Source of the DNA: an uncultured Planctomycetota bacterium | Lineage (GTDB): Bacteria > Planctomycetota > Planctomycetia > Isosphaerales > Isosphaeraceae | Length of the DNA stretch: 64,000 nt | Assembly (NCBI GenBank): GCA_963823665.1 | Contig: CAWGMQ010000005.1 | Coordinates: 320,001-384,000, forward strand | Direction of reading: 5' to 3' | Part shown: piece by piece, positions 50,418 to 63,372 of the stretch | How positions within the stretch are numbered: the first letter of the stretch is position 1 | How the letters are laid out: the number at the start of each line of letters is the position of its first letter | Translations under genes and position numbers: made by a program | The notes under the pieces: generated by a model | Seen by the model: only the letters and a program-made list of their open reading frames with translations | Databases searched by the model: none | Told to the model about the DNA's origin: nothing

Positions 50418-51137
50418 TCAGCTCGTTGCTTTTGATGACCTGGCCCCCTGCCCGCGCAGCCACTCCACCAGATCATGGGCGCCGGCAGAACGGGCGATAT
50501 CCAGCGGTGTTTCGTCAGTCCAGTCGGGAACCCAGTTCAACTCGGCACCGCGGGCGAGCAGATATTCTGCGGTCTCACGCTGCCTGCCATGGCAAGCCTG
50601 CCAGAACGCGTCGCTCACTTGCTCTGGCGTGGGTTTCACTGCGCGGGCGAAGTGCTCTTCGATCCGAAGCATGATGCCCAGCGCGGCCGCGTGCCAGAGC
50701 TTTTCGACCCTGGCGCCGCGCTCGACGAGCCGCCTGGCCACTCGCCACTGGCCATAGCCCACCGCGTCGTCGAGTGGTGTTCCGCCCGCGATCGAGGCGC
50801 CCGGTGCTTCGATGTCGGCGCCGCCGTCAAGTAGTGCATCAAGCACCTCGACGTCGTCGCAGCTCGCTGCCCAGTGCAGCGGCGTTTCGGGAAACTTTCC
50901 CGTCACTCTGGCGTTTGGATCGCAGCCCGACGCGATCAATGCCTTCACGGCCGCGGCCCCATTGGGAAAGTGCCCTGGCCAGTCGGCCACAACGTGGAGG
51001 AGGCTGCGGTCATTGATCGTCGAAGTGGAGAGGTGGGGATTCTCGATCAACAAACGCTCAAGCGCATCGAGATCGCCACTATGGATCGCCGCCATCACAG
51101 CGGCACCAAGCGGGTTGTTGACAGCGATATTCATCAT
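50418..51137 (-). CDS. Ankyrin-repeat protein
   Basis: SLLHVVADWPGHFPNG, ETPLHWAAS, GTPLDDAV, ETPLDIA. Confidence 0.88.
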   Translation of the reverse strand: MMNIAVNNPLGAAVMAAIHSGDLDALERLLIENPHLSTSTINDRSLLHVVADWPGHFPNGAAAVKALIASGCDPNARVTGKFPETPLHWAASCDDVEVLDALLDGGADIEAPGASIAGGTPLDDAVGYGQWRVARRLVERGARVEKLWHAAALGIMLRIEEHFARAVKPTPEQVSDAFWQACHGRQRETAEYLLARGAELNWVPDWTDETPLDIARSAGAHDLVEWLRGQGARSSKATS

Positions 51138-51206
51138 GCCGGCCCCGAGACAAGGTGAAGATGTCATTCGAGCATAACGGCTTCCGGGGCCAGACCGCCA
51201 CGGGTC

Positions 51207-51255
51207 TTGACAGTTAGCTACACTTGTGGTCAACTGTAGCCACAAATGTAGTTAC
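51207..51255 (+). promoter_or_regulatory. Promoter with two BlaI/MecI/CopY-type operators
   Basis: TTGACA at 51207-51212; TACActTGTG at 51219-51228 and CACAaaTGTA at 51241-51250 resemble the TACA-N2-TGTA box and are mutually inverted. Confidence 0.75.
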
Positions 51256-51268
51256 TGGAGAGATCGAG

Positions 51269-51661
51269 ATGCCGAAGGCAACGCCGATATCCGATTCGGA
51301 ATGGGATGTGATAGAGCCGATCTGGGAGGCCGGCGCGTGCACGGCGGCGGATGTGATCAAACGGCTGCGCGCGACTCACGACTGGAACCACAGCACCATC
51401 CGGACGCTCCTGGCACGGCTCGTCGAGAAAGGTGTGCTCGAATACGAAGTTGACGGATCGCGGTATATCTACCGGGCCGTAATTTCTCGCCGCCAATGCG
51501 TCCGGCAGAAAGGCCGCTCGTTCCTCGAGAAGGCGTTCGGCGGTGACGTCGCGGCCCTGGTCGTTCACTTCGTCTCGGAAGCGTCACTCGACCAGGAGCA
51601 GATCGAACAGCTTCGTCAATTGCTCGCTCGGAAAAAGAAGACGAGGGAGAAGCGCTCATGA
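51269..51661 (+). CDS. BlaI/MecI/CopY family transcriptional repressor
   Basis: ISDSEWDVIEPIW, W.HSTIRTLLARLVEKG, Y.YRA, FLEKAFGG. Confidence 0.92.
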   Translation: MPKATPISDSEWDVIEPIWEAGACTAADVIKRLRATHDWNHSTIRTLLARLVEKGVLEYEVDGSRYIYRAVISRRQCVRQKGRSFLEKAFGGDVAALVVHFVSEASLDQEQIEQLRQLLARKKKTREKRS

Positions 51662-54600
51662 TCACGATTCTCGACACAATCGGCCCGGCCGTTTGGCGGG
51701 CTTCCTGGCAGGCGACGGCGCTGGCGCTGGTGGTCATGCTGCTCGTGAGCCTTCTAGGGGAACGTATTTCGCCGCGCTGGCGTTATCGCCTCTGGAGCCT
51801 CGCGGTCATCCGGCTGCTGATCCTGGTTGTTCCCGCGAGCCCGTGGAGTGCGTTCAACCTCGTGCGTCTGATTCCGGACGCAACCGCCCCGCGGCTCGTC
51901 GACCAGCCGGCCGGTCCGATCATCGTGGCCGTCCGCCAAGCTCAGCCCGAATCGGGTGAGCCGAAGAGAGAAGGCCCGCCACTCCGGAATTTCGAGTCGG
52001 AAACGAACTCCCCTGCCCTTCTCGTGCCTGCAACGCCGGCTTCGCCGTCCACACCGGCGGCCGTCACTTCGGAATCCACAACAACCTTTCATTTCCCGGC
52101 GCAAGCATTTCCCATCGTGCGGATCGTTGCGCTCATCTGGGTCGCAGGATGTCTCCTGCTCGGGCTGAAATTGATGCGCAGTTCGATCGTTCTGCGCCGA
52201 CGCCTTTCGGTCTGCCGACTGGTGACAGATGCCGGCGTTCTATCCGCGCTTGAACTTGCGCAAAAGCAAATCGGGGTCAGGGTGCGTGCCCGCCTGCTGG
52301 TGACACCCGAATCGATCAGCCCCTGCATTGTGGGCGTTCTGAAGCCCAGAATCATCGTGCCCGAAGCGCTCTTTACGGACTCGTCGACCGACACACTACG
52401 GCATGTGCTCGCGCATGAGCTTGCCCATCTTGTACGTGGCGACTTGTGGACGAACTGGCTACTTCTCGTGGCGCACACCATCCACTGGTTCAATCCCGTG
52501 GTCTGGTGGACCATCCGGGAAATGCAGAACGCGCGCGAAGCGGCCTGCGACGACCTGGCGCTTGCGGCGTTAGGCGGAGACCGATCGGTCGGCGTATGCC
52601 TCCACGATCGTCGAGCTCGCGGCGAGCCTGGCTCCCTCGGGCATCGCACCGGCCATGATCGGCCTCTATTCCTCGACTCGCCGCTTGACAAATCGCATCA
52701 AGCGTCTGGTGCGGTCTTCCTCGGTCACTGTTCTAAGTACCCCGGTCGCGGCCGCCATCATCGCGGCGATTGCGTTCCCGGGCCTGACTGACTCGATGCC
52801 GGCCGCGTTGCCAATTCAATCTCCGGCAAGCCAATCGTCCGTTCCCCAAAAAGCCGCGGAGCCCGAGTCCAAGCCCGTGGTGCTTCGCGGGCGATGCGTC
52901 GACCAGGTTGACAGAACGCCTATTGTTGCACGAGCCATCGTGCACTTGTTCAAGGCGCAGGGAAGGACGGCGCCGATCGTCGAAGTCGCAAAGGTCGTTA
53001 CCAATCGGGAAGGCCTCTTCGAATTCCCACCGGTGCCACCGTCGCGCCCTGATGATCCGGTCGATCCGCTCTTCTACCTGGTCTTCGCCGAAGCCGGTGA
53101 TCGTCCGATCGGCGCGCTGGGTTTCTGGAACGGGCGGGACGGCGACATCGGCAGCGTTGAGATCGGGTTCCTTCGCGAAAAAACGACGCTTGCCGGCACG
53201 GTGCAAGACGCGCAAGGCCGCCCGGTCGCGGGCGCTACGGTCGCACAGTGGGCCGTCGATGGCCGGCCGATTCCAGGCATCTTGTCGGCAACGACCGGGC
53301 CCGACGGCCGGTTCCTGATCAATCGGATTCCGCACTTTGAGTGGTTGCGCGGCGGTCCAACGAACCAAGGAGGTGTGACCTTCACGGTATCTCATCGTGG
53401 CTATCCGCAGACGGAAGTCCAGATCGGCGAGCTGCCCAAGAACGTAACCATCACGCTCAAGGCTGGCTGCACGGTCAAGGGAACCGTGATCGATGGCGTC
53501 ACCGGGCAGCCGGCCGCCGGAGCGCTGGTGATCGCTTACCGCCATGGTGAGCACGCGGAAAGACCGACATCCACCGACACCATGGGACGATTCGAGATGG
53601 CGCTCGAGGAGGACGAATACACCTTCTGCGTCGGGGCCAAAGACCGCGTTTGTGTCGCGCTGACCGATCGCGAGTGTCTGGCTGGCGGGAAGGTTGAGCT
53701 GCCGCCCTTCACGCTTGTGAAGGGAGGGTTCATCTCAGGGCAGGTTGTCAATGCTAAGACCGGCGAGCCGATTGCCATGACTGAACGAGGAGAACCGATC
53801 GCTCTCGGATTCTACGGCCCGTCTCTGCCGCTCGGAAAAGTGATTTCGCCCTTACGGTTGGCAACCACGGATCGCGCCGGCCGATATACCCTGCGCACCG
53901 CGGCGGGCGAGAACTTCCCTTATTTCGTCAATCTTCACGGTGATCGCATGGCATGGGACACCACCAAGCAGCCCGCGGTTGTCGTGAAGGAGGGAGAGAC
54001 GACGACCTACAACATGCTGGTCACGCCACGCGTGACTCCCGAGGAGAAGTTGAAAGAAGCGCGGAAAGCGATCGCGGCGCTTCCGATCGAGCCGCTCGCC
54101 CGCACGGCACGGATCCTCGATGAATTCCGCAAGCTCAATCACACGGTTGACGAGACGGAGTTATGGTGCTCGCTCATGCGGGAACTTGTCACGCTCGGTC
54201 CCCAGGCAGTGCCTGAAGTGTGTGCCGAGCTCGACCGGACGAACGAAGATCGCACGCTGCGGCGATTGGGATTTGCGCTGCGCGCGATCGGCGACGCACG
54301 CGCGGTTCCCGCCCTGATTCGCGCGATACCGAGAACGCTGCAACCCTCCAGCAGCGATTACGGATTGATCGTCGCCGATGCAGCGATTGCGGAGTTCATG
54401 CAAAAGAACGATTTGAGAGAAGGTCGAACCGGGGGACGGTATTTCAATTTCGGAAGGCCCGAGCGCGAAATCGTCGGTGCGCTCCGGAAGCTCACGGGTC
54501 AGAGTTTCGATGATTCCGAGCTCCATGGAATCGGCCGTAGCGATGATCCGCTCCGGCAGGCGCTCCAGCGCCAACTCTTCACGCGGCACGCAAGGGGATG

Positions 54601-55276
54601 GCAGACGTGGTGGGAGGCGCACTGGCGAGACTTTACGGACGACACAGCGTATCAGAAGGTCAACATCGCAGCGGAAGATGAGCCGATTCCTGCTGCGCCC
54701 GTCGCTCTGGGGCCGAAAGCCCACACGGAAGACCACACAATCGGCGCGGTTCTTTCTCCGGCGGCGCAGGAAGGACAATACACCGAGTATTTCTACGATC
54801 TCGACACCGGAGCGCGGCCCGCCTGGCCCAAGGACATTCCCAGAGACGAGGCCCGGTTTGATCTCAAGCAAATTGCGGCCTGGGCCGAGAGAAGCGGCGT
54901 TGACTTGATGTGCGTGACGCATCGTGCGCCGGATGGAACCAATACGTTCGTCTTGCGATCTTTCGGCATGAAGGCGTGGGAGATCGGCCCGCGTGAATTG
55001 CGGAGGTTCGACAGGCTGATCGCCTCGCGCACACTGCCGAAGGGCCATGACGCCGGCGAGCTGCTCATGCACTACGACGATGAGACGAAGCGATTGATGC
55101 CGGATGCGAATGGCGCGTTCGTCTATGTCACGCGTGAAGGAAGCATGGGGCTGATTGAGATCACAGACAGAGTGACGCAGACGGCCGACTTCACAGGAAT
55201 GGTAGCCGGCAATGCGCCCGCTGGGGTGGGCTTCAAGACGGGCGTCCGATTCAATTGGAAGTCGATCGTTCCGTGA
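51658..55276 (+). CDS. BlaR1/M56 metallopeptidase sensor with long extracytoplasmic beta-sandwich/HEAT extension (frameshift near 52577)
   Basis: SPCIVG..KPRI, HELAH, HWFNP, REAACDD; continuation AYASTIVEL..RRLTNRI in the next frame; ATGA overlap with blaI. Confidence 0.87.
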
Positions 55277-55316
55277 GAGGGTATCGTTTTGCCGAAACGG
55301 TCCGCGATTGCGGACC

Positions 55317-56644
55317 CTACAACTTCAGCCAGATGTAGACCGGGGATTCGTTGATTTCTAGCTCGATCTCGCCGCCATCGTGCTTGGTCCATCGCACGGA
55401 TTCGGGGGAATTGGAGACGGGCATACGTTCGGCACGTTCGATCGTGGCACTGCCGGTCGAAATACGCGCAGCAGGCTTTTCGAATTGCCCCGGTGGGCGA
55501 CCACGCGGTCCAGATCGCGCGATCGCGATTCGCGCCATGCCGAAACTCAGAGACGCGCAACTCGCCCGGCTTGTTTGTGACCACGCGCGCGAATCGATAC
55601 TCACCCAGGCTGGCAAACAAGTGGGCAATGGCGTGGAAGGACGGCTTGGGCTGATAGTGGCGTGTGAGACCGGACGACGCGTGCACCGAGGCGACGTCCT
55701 CGTCGTTGAACCAGAAGATGTACGCACGATCGAGGTCGAGCTCCGATAAGATGAGAAACGCGCGCACCAGGTATTGCGCTTGCTGAAGGTCCGTGACGCC
55801 GACCCATTTCTTGAAGTCGCCGTCCTTGGCCTGGGGCTTGGTGGTTGAATCCCAGCCGAACTCGGTCAACCAGATTTGCTTGCCGTGCGCGTGCTGATTG
55901 CGCCACGAGATGACTTCCTGGATCTTGGGCAGGAACTCCAGCTTGGAATCCTCCGGATAGCTTCGCCGCCATGTCGGATAGCCTTCGGCCTCGGCGTAGG
56001 AATGCACATTGATCACATCGTAGAGCGACTCGAGACCTTTGACGGTGGCGATGTTTTTGTGGTACGGCCCGCTTGGGCGTGCGTAGACCGCGCAGGTCGA
56101 GATCAAGAGTTTGGGATCACCACGGCGCATTCCCTGCGCGACGTTTTCGAATAGCACGCGATAGGTCTTGTCGTCGTACTTGCCCGGCTCGTTGCCGATC
56201 TCGACGGATTCGACGAGCTTCTGGCCGCCAGACGGACCGAAGAATCGCGCGAATTGAAAGCCGTAAGCCCAGGCATCGCGTTCGAGATTCTTCCACGCGG
56301 CCGGCTGCGTATCATCGAACATCAGGCTGACGTCGATCGAGTAGCCCGCTTTGTTCCAGCTTCCGTACATCGTCTCCCAGTCGACGCGATTGCGCGAAAG
56401 GAAACCGCGGGTAGTAATCGGTGTCATCGCCCACATCCCACTTGAACCCGTGATAATCACGCAGCCGTCTCGTGACCGGCTTGTACAACTCGGTCTTGAA
56501 TTGAACCGTGTGGACATTCAGCCCCATGAAGTCGCGGAACAGCGGCTTGGCCTTGGGATCACGATCTTGCGCAGGCGCAACGCCCGGCGCGAGCGCGATT
56601 ACGCCAAGAACGAACCAGCTTCCCGGAATTCCCAGCGATTGCAT
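55317..56644 (-). CDS. Secreted glycoside-hydrolase-like (clan GH-A type) protein, two frameshifts (about 56400 and 55490)
   Basis: Signal peptide; FMGLNVH, EIGNEP (acid/base), INVHSY, IWLTEFGWD (nucleophile). Confidence 0.7.
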
Positions 56645-56710
56645 CTCGAGCCTCCTGGGCTCGAGTGTGCGTGCTTCCGGCCGCGTGCGCCAAGAGAAAT
56701 TCGTTCGAGG

Positions 56711-59700
56711 TTACTTTTTGTTTGCGATCAATTCGTCGATCTTTCGTTCGAGCTCGAGCGACGCGGGATGGCCGCGCCAGACGATCCGGCCGTCCCGGCC
56801 GATCAGAAACGCCGTCGGCACGCCCGAAATGACGTAATCGGCGAACGCAGAGCCTGCCATGGTGTCGCCGTCCTGCGGGCTCCAGAGGTATCGGATCGGC
56901 GCATCGCCGTGCTGCTGGACGTGCCGGCGAAGCTCTTCGCGATCCTTGTCGATGCCGACCGTGACGAGTGCCACCTTGTCTCCCCATGACGAGCCTCGGC
57001 GCTTGGCAAGTGCGACCAGGTGCTCCATCGGCTCGCGGCATGGTCCGCACCAAGTCGCCCAGAACTCGAGAAAGACAACCCGGCCGCGGAAATCGGTACC
57101 CCGAACGGTCTGGCCCGTCGCGAGGTCCTGGGCTGGTGCATCCGGTAGTGCATCTCCAGTGCGCGGAGGCATGCGAAGAGAAAACTCCTGGCGTCCGGGC
57201 TCGTCCTTCACGGCGAACTTGCCGAGGTAATCATCTGCAACCTCGACCATGTATTCACCGTCAAACGGTTCCTTGCCGCTCGGCGCGATCCCTTCGAGCG
57301 CGACCCGGCCGTCAGACGGGAGTTTGCCCGAGGCGACGAGCACGCCGCCGTACTTTGGTAACATGTACGAGATGCGAAACGCTTCGCCGCCGAATGGTCG
57401 ATCGCCGGCGGGGCGGATGAGCACGGTTGCCGCACGATTGCCGCGCCACGCGCCAGCGTCGAGCGGCTTGGGCTCGAAGACGACGGAAGAGCGATCGCCC
57501 GGCTTCAAGTCGATACGGCGCCGTTCATGGTACACACCGGGTACTGCCTCGCGGCCAGTCGGCCTGGCCGATGCGTCGCGCGGCGTGGTCTGGATGTAGA
57601 CGTCGTATGCCCCGGGTGCCACGTGCGAGACTGTCGCTCGCCACGACGGGTCCTTTAGCTCGCCGGAATCCAGCACGGGCACGGCGGTCTCGACGCCCGG
57701 GAAATCTGGAATCAGGCTGAAATAGCCGGCTGCGAACAGAGGCTTTCGGTTCGCGTCGCTGAGCGGTTTCATGGCGAGATCGAGTGACGCGGGCTCCGGG
57801 AGCACAACGTCCCACCTACCGCCGGCTAGCTCCGAAGCGGGTACAGGCCCGCGCTCGAAGAAGAGAACCACGTCCGGGTGGCTGAAGCCAAAGTAGAGCG
57901 GTGAAGGCTCGTCGGCCCGAATGTTAAAAACGAAGTCTCCCCCTGCCTCGCGCCGGACATTCAAGAAATTGGTTGCCGCGATCGTGTGCTCGCGCGTCGA
58001 GTCGTCCTTGATCACGGCAGCGGACCACGCGTCGCGCCGGTGCCTGGCCAGATAAACCTGGGGCAACGGCATCAACTTGCGCGGGATCGGCTTTCCGGAT
58101 GAGTCGCGGATCCGCAGGCGAACTTCCTTGCCTCGCTTGAGCGTGACGTCGACCTTGCGCAAGCCCTCGATCCGGCCGATCTCTTCAATCGTAGACGCGA
58201 AGCCGGGAGCATAGATGATCAGATCGCCGTGGTTCCAACTCTGCAGCTCATCGCCGGCCATGACGGCCAGTCCATCCGTTCCCATGGCCGCCTCGTGCGA
58301 GGCGTTGCTTTGAGAGAAGAGCTGGGCTTCGAAGTCCTTGACAGGAGAGCCTGACTCATCGCGGACGCGAATTTCGAGGCGAGCTTTCTTGGGATCGCGT
58401 GCCTTCTGGCGCGGAGAGCTCGGGCCGGGTCGTGGTGCATCCGCTTTGGCGACGATCTCGACCGGAGCAATCGCGGCGGTCTCGGGCACGACGACATTCA
58501 CGGCCGTCTGGAAGTCAAAGGCCCGCTGACCTTCCGCTGGGGTCGAAGCGCGCATCGCCGTCAGGCGAAACTCGTACTGATTGGGAGGGAGCGGAGGCGT
58601 CGTGAAGCGGCCGTCGGATGAGATCGGGATCACGTCGAACGTCGTTTGCATTCTCGACGGCTTGCTGCCACGTTTGAATTGTTCTTGCGGGCCCCAATAG
58701 CTGATCGTGACGAGGGCGTATCGCAGCTTCACCTGCTCGAGACCACGTACGTGCCCCTCGACGACGCGGCCCGTTTTCCGGTCGTAGCTCGATTGCGTGC
58801 GCTTGCCTGGCTTGACCAGAAGCAGCCGCCGTTCGGCCATGTTCATCTGGTTTGTTCGAAGTCCCGTCGGAGTGAGCCCGAGTCGTTCGACGGCGTACTG
58901 CGCCGGCGGCAGAGGCCTGACGACGCGTTCACCCGGATTCGGCACTTCGATTCCGCGATAGAAGAAACTATCCGACTCCCAATCCACCCGGCTTCCCGGC
59001 CGGCCGACGATCCAGTATTCCAGCTTTTCCGGCTTTTCCGGAAGCTCGGCGCTGAGCCGGAGCTCGCCCGGCTCGGGGAGTGTGATCAAGACGAGGTTCG
59101 CGTTGCCAGCCTCCTTGCGGGTGATTTCCCACAAGAGCATGCTTTCGCAGACCACCGCGATGCGGTTGGCCGGCGTTGTCACTCGCTTGAGCGAGAATCG
59201 CCCCTGGTCGTCGGTCTTGACGGTCGGAACGGAATTGGCTGGTAAAGACATGCTGTAGCGAATGGTTCCCGGACGCGGGCCCGGATCCACGTAGACCGTG
59301 AGCTTCTCCTCGCCGAGCAGCAGCACGTCGGCGCCGGAGACCGGCGTGCCGCGATGGTCGACGACTTTCCCTCGCACAAGGGTGTTGATCGGCCAAGTCT
59401 CCGGCGTGCCTTCGGCTGTAACGACCGCGGCCTGCGGCGGTGGAGCGGAGGAGAGCGGCGCCGGCTGTTCACCGTCGCGTGCAAGCCGCCCGCGGGCCGC
59501 CTCCGCGAAACCAATCGCGATCAATCCCAGCGCCACCACGATCACCGCCATCTTGAGCTTGGCCATTGTCATCATCCTTAATGATGCATCCGCAAGGGCG
59601 GCGACGGCGGCCGGGGCAACACCCGCCGATCGCTCGGCCACCAGCGATGTTACGGCGTCTACGAGTGGTTCCGAAAGCGCCGCCGCGGACGCTTCCCCGG

Positions 59701-60349
59701 ACTTCAGCAACGCGGCGGCTGCGATCGCCGATGGCGCGATTCCGCGCCGGACGAGCCGGGTGCGCAAAAGGTCACGCCCGCGGGCGAGACGGCCTCGAAC
59801 TGTGCCGACCGGCCATCCCAGAGCCGAAGCGGCTCCCTCGTGCGTCTGGCCTTCGAGGTAGCAGAGCACGATCGGAGCGCGGTATTTGCCGGGCAGTCGC
59901 TCAATTTCATCGTGGAGCGTGGGCCCGAGATCGTCAGACGGTGGGCTCGCCGCTTTCATCTCGACGGCGATCTCGCCTCCCTTCCGCTCGTGCGCTTTGC
60001 GTCTGGCGGCGGCCACTTTCGCCTTGTTCGCCACGCGGAGGGCCACGCCATGCAGCCAGGGGCCCAGCGAGTCACGCACCCAGAGCGAGCCGGCTTTCCG
60101 CACCAGGATCAGGAACGTCGCCTGAAACGCATCGTGAATGTCGTGCGAGTCGCCCAGAACGCCGCGGCAGACGCGCAGCACCATCGGACCGTGCCGGGTG
60201 ACCAGGGTGGTGAACGCCGCCTCGGCCGCTTCGCGATGGCCTTTCGAGAACTGCTCGAGCAGGCGCACGTCCGACTGCCCTCCCAGGGCACCCGCGCCCC
60301 AGAGCGCCCGCATGTGCTCAAGCACGGGCATTTGTCTCCGATTCTCCAT
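56711..60349 (-). CDS. ECF sigma-70 factor with TM segment, beta-sandwich extension and C-terminal TlpA-like thioredoxin domain
   Basis: HGPMVLRVCR...DAFQATFLILVRKA, LPGKYRAPIVLCYLEG; C-terminal FRGRVVFLEFWATWCGPC...GVPTAFLIGRDGRI. Confidence 0.9.
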   Translation of the reverse strand: MENRRQMPVLEHMRALWGAGALGGQSDVRLLEQFSKGHREAAEAAFTTLVTRHGPMVLRVCRGVLGDSHDIHDAFQATFLILVRKAGSLWVRDSLGPWLHGVALRVANKAKVAAARRKAHERKGGEIAVEMKAASPPSDDLGPTLHDEIERLPGKYRAPIVLCYLEGQTHEGAASALGWPVGTVRGRLARGRDLLRTRLVRRGIAPSAIAAAALLKSGEASAAALSEPLVDAVTSLVAERSAGVAPAAVAALADASLRMMTMAKLKMAVIVVALGLIAIGFAEAARGRLARDGEQPAPLSSAPPPQAAVVTAEGTPETWPINTLVRGKVVDHRGTPVSGADVLLLGEEKLTVYVDPGPRPGTIRYSMSLPANSVPTVKTDDQGRFSLKRVTTPANRIAVVCESMLLWEITRKEAGNANLVLITLPEPGELRLSAELPEKPEKLEYWIVGRPGSRVDWESDSFFYRGIEVPNPGERVVRPLPPAQYAVERLGLTPTGLRTNQMNMAERRLLLVKPGKRTQSSYDRKTGRVVEGHVRGLEQVKLRYALVTISYWGPQEQFKRGSKPSRMQTTFDVIPISSDGRFTTPPLPPNQYEFRLTAMRASTPAEGQRAFDFQTAVNVVVPETAAIAPVEIVAKADAPRPGPSSPRQKARDPKKARLEIRVRDESGSPVKDFEAQLFSQSNASHEAAMGTDGLAVMAGDELQSWNHGDLIIYAPGFASTIEEIGRIEGLRKVDVTLKRGKEVRLRIRDSSGKPIPRKLMPLPQVYLARHRRDAWSAAVIKDDSTREHTIAATNFLNVRREAGGDFVFNIRADEPSPLYFGFSHPDVVLFFERGPVPASELAGGRWDVVLPEPASLDLAMKPLSDANRKPLFAAGYFSLIPDFPGVETAVPVLDSGELKDPSWRATVSHVAPGAYDVYIQTTPRDASARPTGREAVPGVYHERRRIDLKPGDRSSVVFEPKPLDAGAWRGNRAATVLIRPAGDRPFGGEAFRISYMLPKYGGVLVASGKLPSDGRVALEGIAPSGKEPFDGEYMVEVADDYLGKFAVKDEPGRQEFSLRMPPRTGDALPDAPAQDLATGQTVRGTDFRGRVVFLEFWATWCGPCREPMEHLVALAKRRGSSWGDKVALVTVGIDKDREELRRHVQQHGDAPIRYLWSPQDGDTMAGSAFADYVISGVPTAFLIGRDGRIVWRGHPASLELERKIDELIANKK

Positions 60350-60594
60350 CTTCTCCGCCTCGCTCAACTCGTCACTGGTCGGTCTACCCTCAAGATGCAG
60401 GTAATGCCCGGCAAGCACTCCTCCAATACAGTTTTTCCGAATTTCTTGAAACGGCCCTCGCCACTTGAGAAGTGGAAGTTAGTCCGGGATGATCATGGGA
60501 GGAGGCCTACCCCCAGCGCAAGCGGCCGTCGGCGGGTGGTGAAGCCAGCCCGCGTTCGCGTCGAGATTGCTGTCAAGTATTCTAAGAGGTTTGG

Positions 60595-62004
<1,410 letters not shown>

Positions 62005-62036
62005 GGGGCGGGTTGGGTCAGATCCGCGTTGCGCTC

Positions 62037-62684
62037 TTACGCGGAATCGTCGTCGCGACTCGGATGCGAATTTCGTCGACGGACTTTTCTGATTCGATCG
62101 AGGAAGAACGTCTTTCCGCGAATAATACCGATCACCTGCACTCGCTCTGCCCAAAGCGGCTTGACGATGTCATCCATCATTTTTTCAGGAACGACCACGC
62201 TCAACCACGAACCATCGTCGCGCTTCAGCTCGATCTTCTTTTGTTTCAACTTTGAGTTCGCCACCCCAAGTGTACCCTCGATGGTGCACCGCTCTTCTTT
62301 TGGCAACTCGTCGATGCTGGACGTGATCGTCACGCCTCGTTTCGGCCTCGTTAGCAGGACCTCAAACAGTTCTCGCAATTCTCTGGCGATCTCATCGGGA
62401 GGGTCGCCGGACAAGCCCTTTGCGATGAGTTGCTCGGCTGTGCGATATTTTCCGCACTCGATCGCAAGGGCTGCCGCGCTCCGAAGCAGGACCGAGCGCG
62501 TTGGTTCAAAATCGTCTTTCGCCGATGCAATTTCGGCCGCTTCTCGCTCCTTCTCGATTGCCGCCTCGAAGAGCGCGGTCGCCTTCTCTCCTTCCTTGCG
62601 ACGCTGCGCTCGCAACGTTTCATCACAGAGGCTCATTGCGCATTGGTGTCGCTCTTCTATTTGACGAATTTCAATGCGAGTCAT
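62037..62684 (-). CDS. Hypothetical protein: helical TPR-like N-terminus plus beta-rich C-terminus
   Basis: HQCAMSLCD...EREAA...EPTRSVLLRSAAALA...PP.EIA.EL; ATGA overlap with the upstream gene. Confidence 0.75.
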   Translation of the reverse strand: MTRIEIRQIEERHQCAMSLCDETLRAQRRKEGEKATALFEAAIEKEREAAEIASAKDDFEPTRSVLLRSAAALAIECGKYRTAEQLIAKGLSGDPPDEIARELRELFEVLLTRPKRGVTITSSIDELPKEERCTIEGTLGVANSKLKQKKIELKRDDGSWLSVVVPEKMMDDIVKPLWAERVQVIGIIRGKTFFLDRIRKVRRRNSHPSRDDDSA

Positions 62685-63223
62685 CGTTTCACCACGACGG
62701 CGACCGGTGTGCCAAATTCCACGATAACGACAAATGCAGGCAATCCCAAGTTATCCGATCTTTTAGTCTGTGCGCATTTCTGGGAAACCCGCTTCTCGAC
62801 CTCTGCCTTTTCGCCGCTTCGAATACCGGAAACTTCCAGCCTGGCAGTTCCTTGGAACGCGCGTGAATTCTTGGGGCCGAGCCAGTAATCGAAGCCGGTC
62901 CCCTTAAACGACCTCTGTACAATATGATAGTCGGTAAGACGGTCAACAAGTAGGATGGCGATGCCGACAGCCCCATGCTCTGTCGCCTCTTCAGGATCGG
63001 CCCACTCTCGACGTGCTTGGTCGTTTGTTCTGGGCCATGCCATACGAAATGACGCTTCAAGAGCTCCGGACACTGTGATACGAGATCCGGGTCTATGCCC
63101 GCGCTCCTCGAGACACACTGCCGCCGCGATAGCCAGTCGGACACCACTTTCTGGCAGGAGACAAGGTTAACCCTTGCGGAGCGCTCCAATATTTATTCTT
63201 TCGCGACCGGCGGACTTCGCCAC
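62681..63223 (-). pseudogene. Putative PD-(D/E)XK-like nuclease with in-frame TAA at 63167-63169
   Basis: GAAGGA RBS + GTG at 63223; ...LRKG*PCLLP...AAAVCLE...EEATEHGA...GTGFDYWLG...RLEVSGI...VIVEFG. Confidence 0.6.
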
Positions 63224-63372
63224 AGTCGGTTCCTTCGTGGATCACGCTAGATGAATCCCAGAAGCGGGATACGGCCGGCGACGCATAACCAAGAGGTTCG
63301 CCCGTTTCACACTTCAAGTTTACCGGGCGGACTTACCGCTGCGTAGCCCGATCGCGGCACCGTCTGTTCAGG

